Of a stretch of DNA of 64,000 nt, positions 39,237 to 49,900 are shown piece by piece. The notes beneath the pieces are model-generated. The model did not search any database. It saw only the letters and a list, made by a program, of their open reading frames with translations, and was not told the origin of the DNA. The DNA is from a virus (lineage: Duplodnaviria > Heunggongvirae > Uroviricota > Caudoviricetes), in IMG/VR virus record IMGVR_UViG_3300027710_000010, positions 181,763 through 245,762 of that record. One strand, 5' to 3'. Positions within the stretch are counted from its first letter, which is position 1, and every line of letters begins with the position of its first letter. Made by a program: the position numbers and the translations under genes.

Positions 39237-40775
39237 TCAGTAAAGAGCGGTCCAGCTTACGCCATTGTAGAACACTGGATACGGTAATCCCAAGTTAGTT
39301 CCTTTAGGATCCCACCCTGCGGTAACACCGTTTGCCACGGCAAATGTTCCTACTGCTGGAGTTGGCGGTGGAGTTGATGATACTGCTAAAGTTAAATTAT
39401 CAGTAGTTAAAGATGCTGTTGTAACATATCCTGTTAAGCCATCAATAATTCTAGTGCTGTTATCTGCAAATACTGAACCAACTAAGTCTCCTACATGTGT
39501 CCCACGTAGTATACCAGAAATGCTGTCTACCAAAACTGTACTATTATCAGCAAATACTGAACCAGTGACATCACCGTCCCATACTACTGGTTTATTTGCT
39601 AAATCATTCCAACTACCGCTGAACAAAGTAGGTTTGTTTAAAATTACAGCAAAGCCAGAACTTGCACCCCAATCTGCTTGTATATGATTTCCGGCTATTA
39701 ACACATTGCCTTCAATGTCTGTAGAAACAGTTACAGTTCCGGACCCCAAAAACGCAATGTTTTCTCCGTTATTAATTAACTTTGTTGTACTGTCATTACC
39801 TGATACATAAAATTTAAATGCTTCAGGTATTACAGGTTTGTTAGATAGGTCAGTATAACTGCCCGTAGTTGCTACTGAAGCAAACGCGGGTTTGTCATTT
39901 ACATCAGCCCAATCTACACTGGTCAAATACCCGCTGTCATTAGTAAATGTTGATATGTTTGACGGGATTGTTGGTATTGTTGGTTGATCAGTTAAGTCGT
40001 CGTAACTTCCGCTAGTTGCCACTGCGGCGAATATTGGTTTTTCTGCCAACTCAGTCCAGCTTGTTGCTACTGTAACAAATGTTAAGTTTCCACTACCATC
40101 AGTTGCTAACACTTGATTTAAAACACCGTCACTAACATCTAATTCTGTAATGCCAATAGTGTTAGCCTTGATTTGTGCGTTGGCAACTGTTCCTTCTAAA
40201 TCACCACCGACTGTGGGATCTTGTGTAGGCAATGTAATAAACTCTAATTGCCCAATGCCATTTACGCTTAATACTTGTCCACTTGTGCCTGAAGCATTTA
40301 ATTCTTGTGCTGTAATACTGCCAGCTGGCACCATAGCCGCAGTAACTGGGGTAAAATACCGTACAGTTATTTCTGAACCATCTGGAGGAGGATTAGTTGT
40401 GCTACCGTCTAAGTCAATAAATCGAATTCTATTGGGATAGCTTAGGTTGAAGTCTACTTCAGCAGTCAGCGTAACACCGTTCATTGTTACAATAACGTTT
40501 TTACTGTCGTCAACAGTGGCTGATAATTCAAATTCTACAGTGGTATCATCACCAGTAAAATACTCAACGTTAACAAATGGGTACGGACCCATGCTACCCC
40601 AGGTAACGCCATTGTAACCTTCAAATACATCAAGGTCAGTATTGTAACGAATTTCTCCGGGCTGGGGTGTAGAATTACGCTGGGCAGTGGTGCCCGTAGG
40701 AATGACGATGCCAGTATCGCCCTGAAATACTAGATTCTGCTTTATTTGCCCACTACCAGCACGGGTTTTGCTCAT
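39237..40775 (-). CDS. Fibre-type structural protein (512 aa)
   Basis: Intact PTGTTAQR..GEIRYNT..FEGYNG..W motif, QVLATDGSGNLTF, repeated VAT.GSY.DL..P and GSVFADNST units. Confidence 0.8.
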   Translation of the reverse strand: MSKTRAGSGQIKQNLVFQGDTGIVIPTGTTAQRNSTPQPGEIRYNTDLDVFEGYNGVTWGSMGPYPFVNVEYFTGDDTTVEFELSATVDDSKNVIVTMNGVTLTAEVDFNLSYPNRIRFIDLDGSTTNPPPDGSEITVRYFTPVTAAMVPAGSITAQELNASGTSGQVLSVNGIGQLEFITLPTQDPTVGGDLEGTVANAQIKANTIGITELDVSDGVLNQVLATDGSGNLTFVTVATSWTELAEKPIFAAVATSGSYDDLTDQPTIPTIPSNISTFTNDSGYLTSVDWADVNDKPAFASVATTGSYTDLSNKPVIPEAFKFYVSGNDSTTKLINNGENIAFLGSGTVTVSTDIEGNVLIAGNHIQADWGASSGFAVILNKPTLFSGSWNDLANKPVVWDGDVTGSVFADNSTVLVDSISGILRGTHVGDLVGSVFADNSTRIIDGLTGYVTTASLTTDNLTLAVSSTPPPTPAVGTFAVANGVTAGWDPKGTNLGLPYPVFYNGVSWTALY

Positions 40776-40801
40776 ACACTATCCTTTAGATAGTGTATTT
40801 A
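40773..40801 (-). promoter_or_regulatory. Late promoter overlapping an RBS-sequestering hairpin
   Basis: Minus strand TAAATA (40801-40796) overlaps the stem ATACACTATC-TAAAG-GATAGTGTAT, which covers AAGGA and the AT of the ATG. Confidence 0.75.
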
Positions 40802-40821
40802 TTCTATGCTAGGTTAACAGC

Positions 40822-43800
40822 TTAGGCAATAATTACAATTCTTCCATCAGAAGTTGTTATAGAACCGCCAGCACTTGGAGCAATTCCACCGTATCCTGAC
40901 GCACCATCATAGTAAGCACTCGATGTATTTGCAGGCGTTCTTCCAGAACCACTATAACCAGTGCAACTATAAGGAACAGTGTTGGATCCTCCTAGACCAG
41001 GATCGCCGTTACCTGCGTTAGCTGAAGAGCCAGAGCCACCACCGCCACCACCGCCGCCGCCACCAGTTCCAGGATAACCAGCATAAGTGCCAGCTCCAGA
41101 AGTAAATGTGCCTGAACTACCTCGGCCAGTACCGCCAGTTCCTGCTCCAGCACCACCAGCACCACCATTTGCTGATGGATTTGATCCCGTGTAACCAGCT
41201 CCAGCTGCACCGCCGCCACCTGCGGCAACTAATAATGTAGTTACAGTCGAAGCACGTAGAATTGAACTTGCTCCACCGCCCGAACCTGCTGTACCAGCGT
41301 TAGATCCTGCTCCATCGCCAATACCGTTTACACCACCACCACCGTAAATGCTGGCAGCTAACACTGTACTTGTGTTTCCACCGTTTAGCACACCGCCCGA
41401 TAATGCGTCAACACCTTGTCCAACTTTAATTGTTAAAGTTTCGCCTGGAATAACATCTAAGAACCCTTCTACAGATCCAGCTCCACCGCCGCTACCAGTT
41501 AATGCTCCAGCAGTAGAGGGTGTTCCTGCCGATCCGCCTGCACCCCAAGCTGCCACTCTAATTCTACTTACACCTGCTGGCACTACATAACTTTGATCTG
41601 CACCAGTATAGCCAAATACTGAAACTGCTGGACTACGTCTAGACACTGCTGGCGATTCTGCGTTAGCGCCTTTGAATGGATTTTCAGCAAAGGCAGCAAA
41701 TATATGAGTAACCCCGCTAGCATTTACTCTTCCGTTGGACCTTAACTTAAATCCGTTAGATACAACATCAAATAATTCAGATGTATTGCCATTTTCTTCC
41801 GATGTTGCGCTGTTTGCAAAGATACTGCGTTCACCTACTGTACTATTGTAAGGGTCACGAGCAGTGTCTATCATTACCCACTGACTTGTACTAGATACGG
41901 CTTTAATTAAAATAAATCTAGGTTTAAATCCACAATGAATAAATGGGCCATCACTAGATCCGTTTGCAGTATATTTGCCAAACTTACTAAATCCTGGAAT
42001 TTCGTTCCAAAAGTATCCAACGTAATTTGTTGCTGAACCATTAATATTTGCCAGGCCGTTTGCACCTTGCACAGCAGTAATAGTAGTTGCACCAACTGTT
42101 GCTGTTCCAAAAGAGAATACTGCTTCTGCGTCAGTTGCATTTAACGTTAATCCATAAGTTGATCCTGATAATCCCGTATGCCATGCATACCAGTTAGCTA
42201 CTGAATTACGTGATTTAATTATGAACATGGACGGTGCAGAAGTTAATCCGTGACCAATAGTAGCACCGTTAGTATTATTTCCAGACCAAGTAGCAACACT
42301 AAATCCACTAGTAGTGTTAGCACTAACTGAACTAGTAATAGAGCCAGAAGTATTACTTACTGGGGCTCCGCCGGCCTTCCAACCCCATACTACATGTGAA
42401 TTTCCTATCAAATTCATTCCGCCACCGTAGGGTTCTGATGAATAAGTAAATCCGTTAGAAGTAAATGATACGTTATCAGCGCCTTCTATACTTGTGGCAT
42501 TTGAGTATAGACTTGGACTACTAGTCGCACCACGTACTCGATCAAATAATCGATGGAACCCTGAACTATTTCTATCTTTAACCCAGATCAAATCTGGTTG
42601 GAAATTAAATCCTCCAACTGTTAATGGATATGATCCAGTGCCAGTGTAAGTTACTGCATCAAAATATTGATTGGGCGTCAATGCCGCGGCATTAGTTGCT
42701 TTTGATAACGATTTAGTGTTTAGTGTATTGAATCCTACAGGCGCGGCATATATAAACGGAGTTTGTCCGAAGTTTGCAGTAATTTGTTTTACCCCAGAAA
42801 CATTGTCCCAATGAAACATTGGTGTAATTTTAGTATTTGCTGTCCAAGATGCTACTGGACTTGTACCTGTTGCTGGTGCGCCTTGTATCCACACACCGTT
42901 CTTTGCATACCAAATATATCCAGCATCCGCGTCCACTGCTACACTGATCACGTCGCCGTCAGTGTATGTCGGTATTCCGCTTATTGTAAAACTTCCTGTA
43001 CTATTAGTTCCAGTTCCGTTGCCTCGATAGTTCACACGATACTGATCATTTAACCATATACCTGTCATCGGTGCACCAGTACTAATGATACTATTCATTT
43101 TTACTTCCCAATACCACTTACCGGTAGTTGCAGAAATAGTGCCAAAGGTTGTTGATCCAGTACTGCCTGTACTTGTGTATGTTAAATTGCCATTTGAAAA
43201 TGCTCTAGTATCTAATAGTGTTATGTCAACTGGTGGTGCTATGTTATTCCAAGTACAATAGTTACCAATGACTTCACCACCAGATTGCATGTCATGCCCA
43301 TAATTAGTTGGGCTGTCAACTACGCTGTCTTCTGTAAATCCAACTTCAGAGGCTGTTGTATAACGAACTATAACAATACCAGAACCGCCAGCACCTGATG
43401 AACCAACATAGATGCCGCCACCGCCTGATCCAGTGTTAGTTGCTCCAGCAGTTACAGTACCAGATCCTCCTGATCCTGCTCCCCCGTTGCCGCCAACTCC
43501 AGATCCTCCAAGTGCGCCAGGTAAACTATTACCGCTTGCGCCACCGCCGCCGGCATAAAATTGAGATGTGCCGCTAATTCTAAACTGTAATCCGGCTCCC
43601 CCAGCTCCTGGAGCAGAACCTGATCCATTTCCACCAAGGGCGCCTGCACCGCCGCCACCTGATGCCACACCGGTTGCTGATGTGTTCCCGCCAGCAAATC
43701 CTTGACCAGCGGTACCAGCACCGCCGTACCCTCGTGCATCAGGCACTGCATACTCGCCAGATCCGCCTCCAGATCCACCAGCTACACCAGCAAAACCATT

Positions 43801-46800
43801 TGATCCACCGCCGCCTCCGCCAATTGCAGTTAATGATCCAAATATGCTATTTGATCCATTGTTGCCAGTCCCTGTACCGTTCTTTGCGGCGCCGCCAGCA
43901 CCTACTGTTACAGTATATGTTTGTCCGGGAGTGACAGGGTATGCACTATTGTATATTAATCCACCAGCACCACCACCGCCGGCACCACCTCCATTTCCGC
44001 CCATGCCGCTACCGCCGCCTGCCACTACAAGTACTTCAACTTGTGTAACATCTGTAGGAGCTGTCCAGCTGGTCGTACCAGTTGTAGTAAATGAGCGTGC
44101 TACGCCAGCATTTATTCCACGTGTAACAAATGAGTTGCCACCCGTTTCTGGTAACGCTCTTAAGGGAGGAGTAAAATTTGATTGGTATCGTGAAACACCT
44201 CTGGTAACTCGTAAATCATCTATGGTTCCATTTGCGTATGTATTGTCTCTTTCATTATATCCAATTCTAATTTCACTAGATGTATTGCCGACTACTTCAG
44301 TTGAAGGTATTGAGGCAGTTCCAACCATAGTACCATCAATAAACATATATAATTTTGAGTAACTTCTACTAACAGCAACATGATGCCAAGCACCGTCATT
44401 GGGACGAATTGATGAGTTAATATTTTGTTCAGTGTTTACTAACGAACTGCTATAGGTAAATTGTAAAGTTGCAGAACCGCCAGTAACTTTTAAACCCCAA
44501 GCTCCTGCAGGAGGGCTTCCGGTGAATCCTTGACTAATAATCGAAGTATAGTTACTTTGACTGCCGTTAGCTCTCCACCAAAACTCAACGGTAAAGTCCG
44601 CAATTCCAAAGTTTGTATTTCCTAAGACACCAGGGTAAGTAAAATAATTACTTGAGCTAACTGCTAATGCTCCACTACCATACTTGCTAGAACTAGTAAT
44701 AGTTGAATTGCCAACAGTTATAATGTTGTTTGCGCCTGCACTATCAACCACAGCGGCATTGGCAAAGTTTAATAGTAAGGTCGGCGCTGTTGAAAAGTTT
44801 GCCGGAGTTGGGGTATATGCAGTTGGAGCAGACCCGGCTTCTAATTGTGGCCAACATAAGAACACCCCAGATACGCCGTCACCAGTTGCTGACGGCAATC
44901 TAGCGTCAGTTAAACTATTTGCAATGGCCATAACGTATCTACCAGCGCCAGTAGCTATGGACACACTAGAGATGGCGCATCTAAACCACCCGTTACCAAT
45001 ACTGGTAATAGATGCTGTGCCGCCTAATGCATTTGCACCTTGAATAGAGTATGTACCATTAATAAGGTCATAGTTGACCCAAAAATCATTGCTGTTTGCG
45101 AATCCAGATGAGGCTGCAAGTTGAAAGAATTTCCTTTCTCCAGCTTTTACATATACAGAATGAACGTATGTTGTACCTAATGTGACCGTTGAATCTTGTA
45201 ATATAAACCTACCGCCAGTTGCTGTGGATTCTATTAATTTTATACCTGTTAACGTCGTATCAAGTGCCGGAGCCAATATTGCAGTTGCCCCACTTAATGT
45301 TGATGCATTATCTAGTAGATAATCACTGAACGGTAACAAATTATTTGTTAGTGTACTAAATGGTCGATTTGTTGGTGTAAAGGCTGCGGTATAGACTGCT
45401 GCTCTAACTACTCTAAAACTCGACATATGCCCTTTAAAATATTCTCCAGGGCCAGTAGTCCAAATTGATCCAATATATAGGCCACCATTAAATCCAGAAG
45501 GCATTGTTGTAGTTGATCCTGCAGATTTACCATTATGATATAATGTAATAGTAGATCCGTTACGTACTAATGCAACATGATTCCAAGTATTCGCTACCAG
45601 ATTGTTGCTGGCAGTATTGCTATTAATTGCTGGAACACCAAGCCACCCTACACCATCGCCGATATAAACGTGCGTGTCGCCAATGCCAGTTCTATTTAAA
45701 CTAATGCCTATAGTAGCATGTGGCTGGAAGTTTACTAGCGTCTGCATAGAAGTAGAAAAATCTAAATAAACCCAAGCTTCTATAGTAAAACTTATGCCGG
45801 TCAAGTTTAATGTGCTACTAGTTGTATTTAAATAATCAGTAGATCCATTAAAATAAACACTTGCGCCGTGTACAGCAGGGTTATAAGAAGTGTTAGTTGG
45901 TTTAGGAAACGGGCTAAAACTTCCTTGGGTAGCAGTGCCAGAACGTGTAATGGCTAAGTTATTAGAACTGCTGTCTGCAAATGTATTATTCTGTCCGCCA
46001 ACAGGACCGTTACCAGTTAAATGTAAGGATACACTACCACGATAAGGATCTTGATCCGCATCATAAGTAGTTGACCCTGTATTGTTAGCATCATATCCTA
46101 GTGTTTGACTAGTTAATGTATTATCAAAAGGCAAATAAAATCCGTTAGTGCCGTATGATCCAGTATATGGTTTTGGTATCCAGGTACCTGTACTAGTAGT
46201 AGTGCCGAACAATGAAGGATCTAAGGCTGCACCATCAATAAAATTATACTCTGCTAATTGTCCGTCAAAAGTTTTACTGCTTAGTATTGTATCGTTATTA
46301 GCACTAACACCTACGGTCATTAATCCGCCAGGTTTATTTACTGGGGTTGCATAGTTTAGTGATGGAAACCCGCCATCGGCAGTATTCCAACCATTGCTAT
46401 TGACAAAGTCAGTTATCTGTACACCATTGACCCATATTTTTATTCTATTAAACGCAACAGTTTGTGAAGTGTCAACTGCAATTACTAGATGATACCATGC
46501 ACTTGGATCTCTAAAAACAGGAACTGTACTAATGCTGAATGTACCACCAAGTGCCGGACCCCAATCATAAAGTTGAATACTTTCATTTGATGTATTTGTT
46601 GCAATATGCAGTGAAGCATATGATGTGCCCCAGTTAGCACTTAAAAATCCTAAATCATCAACACCAGATCTTGTTCCTTTTTTGAACCATGTACTAAGTG
46701 TAAATTTTCGTTGGTCGCCTCCGTGTGCGCTATAACGATACAATCCAGTGCCGCCACCACTTATCCATTTAAATTTTAAACTTTTTGATACAGGTTGCAG

Positions 46801-46941
46801 TAAGTCAGGCTGTGGCCAAGCATTAGCACGATGCGCTTGCAGTGCTTCATCTAAAGTCCAGATACCACTAGCATCCTTTAATGTAGGTTGCTTGGATGTA
46901 CCTTTTACTATTCTACCTGGTTTATTATTTCTTGATCCCAT
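40822..46941 (-). CDS. Giant multidomain adhesin (2039 aa): LamG/ConA-like, beta-sandwich, SPRY-like and two Gly-rich domains
   Basis: AWYHLVIAVDT, WNHVALVRNG and WHHVAVSR LamG motifs; GKWYWEV..GDVISVAVDAD..NFGQ SPRY-like region; FQPDLIWVKDR region; Gly domains. Confidence 0.85.
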   Translation of the reverse strand: MGSRNNKPGRIVKGTSKQPTLKDASGIWTLDEALQAHRANAWPQPDLLQPVSKSLKFKWISGGGTGLYRYSAHGGDQRKFTLSTWFKKGTRSGVDDLGFLSANWGTSYASLHIATNTSNESIQLYDWGPALGGTFSISTVPVFRDPSAWYHLVIAVDTSQTVAFNRIKIWVNGVQITDFVNSNGWNTADGGFPSLNYATPVNKPGGLMTVGVSANNDTILSSKTFDGQLAEYNFIDGAALDPSLFGTTTSTGTWIPKPYTGSYGTNGFYLPFDNTLTSQTLGYDANNTGSTTYDADQDPYRGSVSLHLTGNGPVGGQNNTFADSSSNNLAITRSGTATQGSFSPFPKPTNTSYNPAVHGASVYFNGSTDYLNTTSSTLNLTGISFTIEAWVYLDFSTSMQTLVNFQPHATIGISLNRTGIGDTHVYIGDGVGWLGVPAINSNTASNNLVANTWNHVALVRNGSTITLYHNGKSAGSTTTMPSGFNGGLYIGSIWTTGPGEYFKGHMSSFRVVRAAVYTAAFTPTNRPFSTLTNNLLPFSDYLLDNASTLSGATAILAPALDTTLTGIKLIESTATGGRFILQDSTVTLGTTYVHSVYVKAGERKFFQLAASSGFANSNDFWVNYDLINGTYSIQGANALGGTASITSIGNGWFRCAISSVSIATGAGRYVMAIANSLTDARLPSATGDGVSGVFLCWPQLEAGSAPTAYTPTPANFSTAPTLLLNFANAAVVDSAGANNIITVGNSTITSSSKYGSGALAVSSSNYFTYPGVLGNTNFGIADFTVEFWWRANGSQSNYTSIISQGFTGSPPAGAWGLKVTGGSATLQFTYSSSLVNTEQNINSSIRPNDGAWHHVAVSRSYSKLYMFIDGTMVGTASIPSTEVVGNTSSEIRIGYNERDNTYANGTIDDLRVTRGVSRYQSNFTPPLRALPETGGNSFVTRGINAGVARSFTTTGTTSWTAPTDVTQVEVLVVAGGGSGMGGNGGGAGGGGAGGLIYNSAYPVTPGQTYTVTVGAGGAAKNGTGTGNNGSNSIFGSLTAIGGGGGGSNGFAGVAGGSGGGSGEYAVPDARGYGGAGTAGQGFAGGNTSATGVASGGGGAGALGGNGSGSAPGAGGAGLQFRISGTSQFYAGGGGASGNSLPGALGGSGVGGNGGAGSGGSGTVTAGATNTGSGGGGIYVGSSGAGGSGIVIVRYTTASEVGFTEDSVVDSPTNYGHDMQSGGEVIGNYCTWNNIAPPVDITLLDTRAFSNGNLTYTSTGSTGSTTFGTISATTGKWYWEVKMNSIISTGAPMTGIWLNDQYRVNYRGNGTGTNSTGSFTISGIPTYTDGDVISVAVDADAGYIWYAKNGVWIQGAPATGTSPVASWTANTKITPMFHWDNVSGVKQITANFGQTPFIYAAPVGFNTLNTKSLSKATNAAALTPNQYFDAVTYTGTGSYPLTVGGFNFQPDLIWVKDRNSSGFHRLFDRVRGATSSPSLYSNATSIEGADNVSFTSNGFTYSSEPYGGGMNLIGNSHVVWGWKAGGAPVSNTSGSITSSVSANTTSGFSVATWSGNNTNGATIGHGLTSAPSMFIIKSRNSVANWYAWHTGLSGSTYGLTLNATDAEAVFSFGTATVGATTITAVQGANGLANINGSATNYVGYFWNEIPGFSKFGKYTANGSSDGPFIHCGFKPRFILIKAVSSTSQWVMIDTARDPYNSTVGERSIFANSATSEENGNTSELFDVVSNGFKLRSNGRVNASGVTHIFAAFAENPFKGANAESPAVSRRSPAVSVFGYTGADQSYVVPAGVSRIRVAAWGAGGSAGTPSTAGALTGSGGGAGSVEGFLDVIPGETLTIKVGQGVDALSGGVLNGGNTSTVLAASIYGGGGVNGIGDGAGSNAGTAGSGGGASSILRASTVTTLLVAAGGGGAAGAGYTGSNPSANGGAGGAGAGTGGTGRGSSGTFTSGAGTYAGYPGTGGGGGGGGGGSGSSANAGNGDPGLGGSNTVPYSCTGYSGSGRTPANTSSAYYDGASGYGGIAPSAGGSITTSDGRIVIIA

Positions 46942-46967
46942 TTACATTCTCAATTTTTATACTGTAT

Positions 46968-49900
46968 TTAACTGCCGTACCAACGGATGATTACGATTCC
47001 AGAGCCGCCGTGTGCGGCTGGGTCTCCGCCATTTCCACGTCCGCCTCCGCCGCCACCTGTGTTTATCAATCCAGGAGTTGGATTACTTGATGTTCCTGTT
47101 CCGCCTTTTCCGCCGCCGCCTGCGCCGCCTACAGCGCCAGCTACTAGGTCACTAGATCCCCCAGAGCCTCCGCCTCCGCCAGCATAGGTAGTACTTGTTC
47201 CGCTAATAGAGTATGTCAAACCTGCTCCACCAGCTCCTGCAATACCACTGCCGCCGTTAACTCCGGCACTGCCTGCTCCACCTCCGCCACCATTTGCTTG
47301 ATTTCCAGTATTTGTGCCAGTGCCGCCAGCATTTCCTTGTCCATATGTGCCAATTGATGAGACAGATGTAAAGTTTCCGCTTTGTCCGCCGCCGCTACCC
47401 CCGTTAGTTGGTCCAACAGAATTTCCACCGCCTGAACCACCGCCTAAAGCAATTAGGTTAGCAAAACTACTATTCTGTCCAGTGTAACCTGCTCGTGAGT
47501 TATATACGCCTCCGTCGCCACCTTGACCAACAACAACAGGATAAGTTACACCTGGTGTTACTGGGGTGCTGTTACTGTATATTAAACCACCAGCTCCGCC
47601 GCCACCACCACCAGGAGGTCCACCTCCGCCACCACCTGCTACTATTAATGCTTGTACACTAGTAACACCTGAAGGACAAGTCCACGATCCGCTATCTAAG
47701 AATGTAGCAACTTGCGGAACACGATAACGAAGTATAACTACACCACTGCCGCCTGATCCGCCACTTAAATAATTTGCCCCATAGCTGCCGCCAGCTCCGC
47801 CGCCACCTGTATTTGAAGAGCCGCTTTGTCCAGCACCGTTGCCAACAGCATTGCCGCCGCCACCAATGCCACCTCGACCTGATATTCTAATAGCAGTGTC
47901 TGATGTATTAATTGATCCGCCGCCGCCACCGCCAAAATATTCTAAATTTCCAGTAATATTAAATGGTAATCCAGGGCCACCGTCGCCGGCTCTCACTGAT
48001 GAAGAAGCACTGTCTTGAAATCCTATTTTTCCAGCGCCACCAGCTCCGCCGCCGCCTGATCCAGGATAGTATGGTGATCCAAATCCAGAGTCTGCACCGC
48101 CCGCAAAGCCCTGACCTGATACCCCAGTGCCAGTACCGCCTGCACCAGAACCACCATTTGCATTAGCTCCTAAAGATGCTCTATCTGCTCCACTGGCACC
48201 GCCGCCAAATGCTGATAGAGTTGTTGAGCGCACACTGATAAAACTAATATCTGTTATCTGTCCAGTGCCATTTCCAACTTGTAGATTTATCCATGTAGTA
48301 GTTGAAGTTGCTGTAAAAATTTGACTATAAAACCCTGCACCAGTAGCTCCGTTATCTAAACTATCTCTAGTTCGATCTGTCCATGCCTTATCATCCACTT
48401 CTGATCCAACTTGTGTTGTGCCGATACGTATTCTAAGAAGGCGGGCTACGTCAGATGTTACTTTTATTGTTAGTAAATAGGTTGTTCCAATTACAGTAGT
48501 AATACTTTGACTAGCTGTGCCGTTTACGCTAAGATTTGGTGTAATTCTAAGTGTACCTGTTTGAGGTACTGATAATGTTGCCGTTGTAGCTGACCAACCT
48601 GATGTATTCGTAAACCCACTACCATTTGTAATAAGTTCTACACCAGTTCCGATTCCGCTACCAAATCCAGGCGCTCCTGCTACATTTGTCGAGACAAATA
48701 TTCCGCCTAAGCCACCTGCTCCTACACCAATTGTGTATGTTTGTCCGGGTGTTACTGATAGTGCTGAATTATAAACAACACCTCCAGCACCTGCGCCGTG
48801 CGTACCTGCGCCAGATCCTGCGCCACCACCGCCAGCGACTACTAGTGCTTCAACTTGTGTAACTCCCACAGGAGCAGTCCATGTGTTACTAGTAGTAAAC
48901 TTTTGTGATACTATCGCGGCATTTGATATTGATGAAATTTGTTTAGGTGTTCGTTTATATTTTATAATAACAATACCTGATCCACCTGCACCACCAGTTG
49001 CACCCCCACCCCCACCGCCACCAGTATTAGCGGTACCTGCTGTTGCTGTAGAATTACTTCCTGCGCCACCGCCGCCAATTCCGCCCGCGGCCGATGATGC
49101 TGATCCTTGAGTTCCACCACCACCACCACCTGCGTAAGCAGTAAGTGTGCCACTAATCCTAAATCTTAAACCGTTACCTCCTGCACCACAAATATTTGAT
49201 TGAGCATCACCGCCTGGGCCACTTGCACCACCGCCACCGCCTGTTGGGTAAGCTGCTCCAAATAAATTATGATAACCAGTTCCACCAGAGAAACCTTGCC
49301 CAGTAGTTCCTGCACCAGGACGCCCCGATGCTGGGGTTCCACCAGATCCACCTATAGATCCGCCACCGCCGCTGCCGCCTAATAATCCGTCCTGTGTGAC
49401 GCCACCAGATTCCCCATGAAATCCGCCGCCACCACCTCCAAAGGCAATTAACTTGTCAAATTGGCTATTAGATCCGCGTTGACCTTTGCCACTGCCGCTT
49501 GTGCCACCAGCACCGACTGTAATTGAATATGCATTACCTGGAACTACTAGATAATCAGTGTTGTAAAGTAACCCACCAGCACCACCACCACCGCCATATT
49601 GACTGCCACCGCCGCCGCCTCCAGCTACTACAAGTACTTCTACACTGTTAACATCTAAAGGTGCAACCCAACTTGTTGAGCCTGTTGTGGTAAAACTTGT
49701 AACTGTAAATTGATCGTCAATAGCTGTACTATTTTGTACGTCTTCTAAACCGTAAATACCTTTTAAAGAAGTTCCTACTACATCTGCGGCACGTGTAACA
49801 GACACAGTGGTTGTTGGTATATAACTAGTTGCAGTCAATCTTTCTTCTAATTGTGCGCCCCACAAATAGATACCATTAGTTGAACTGGCAGTTATTGTTC

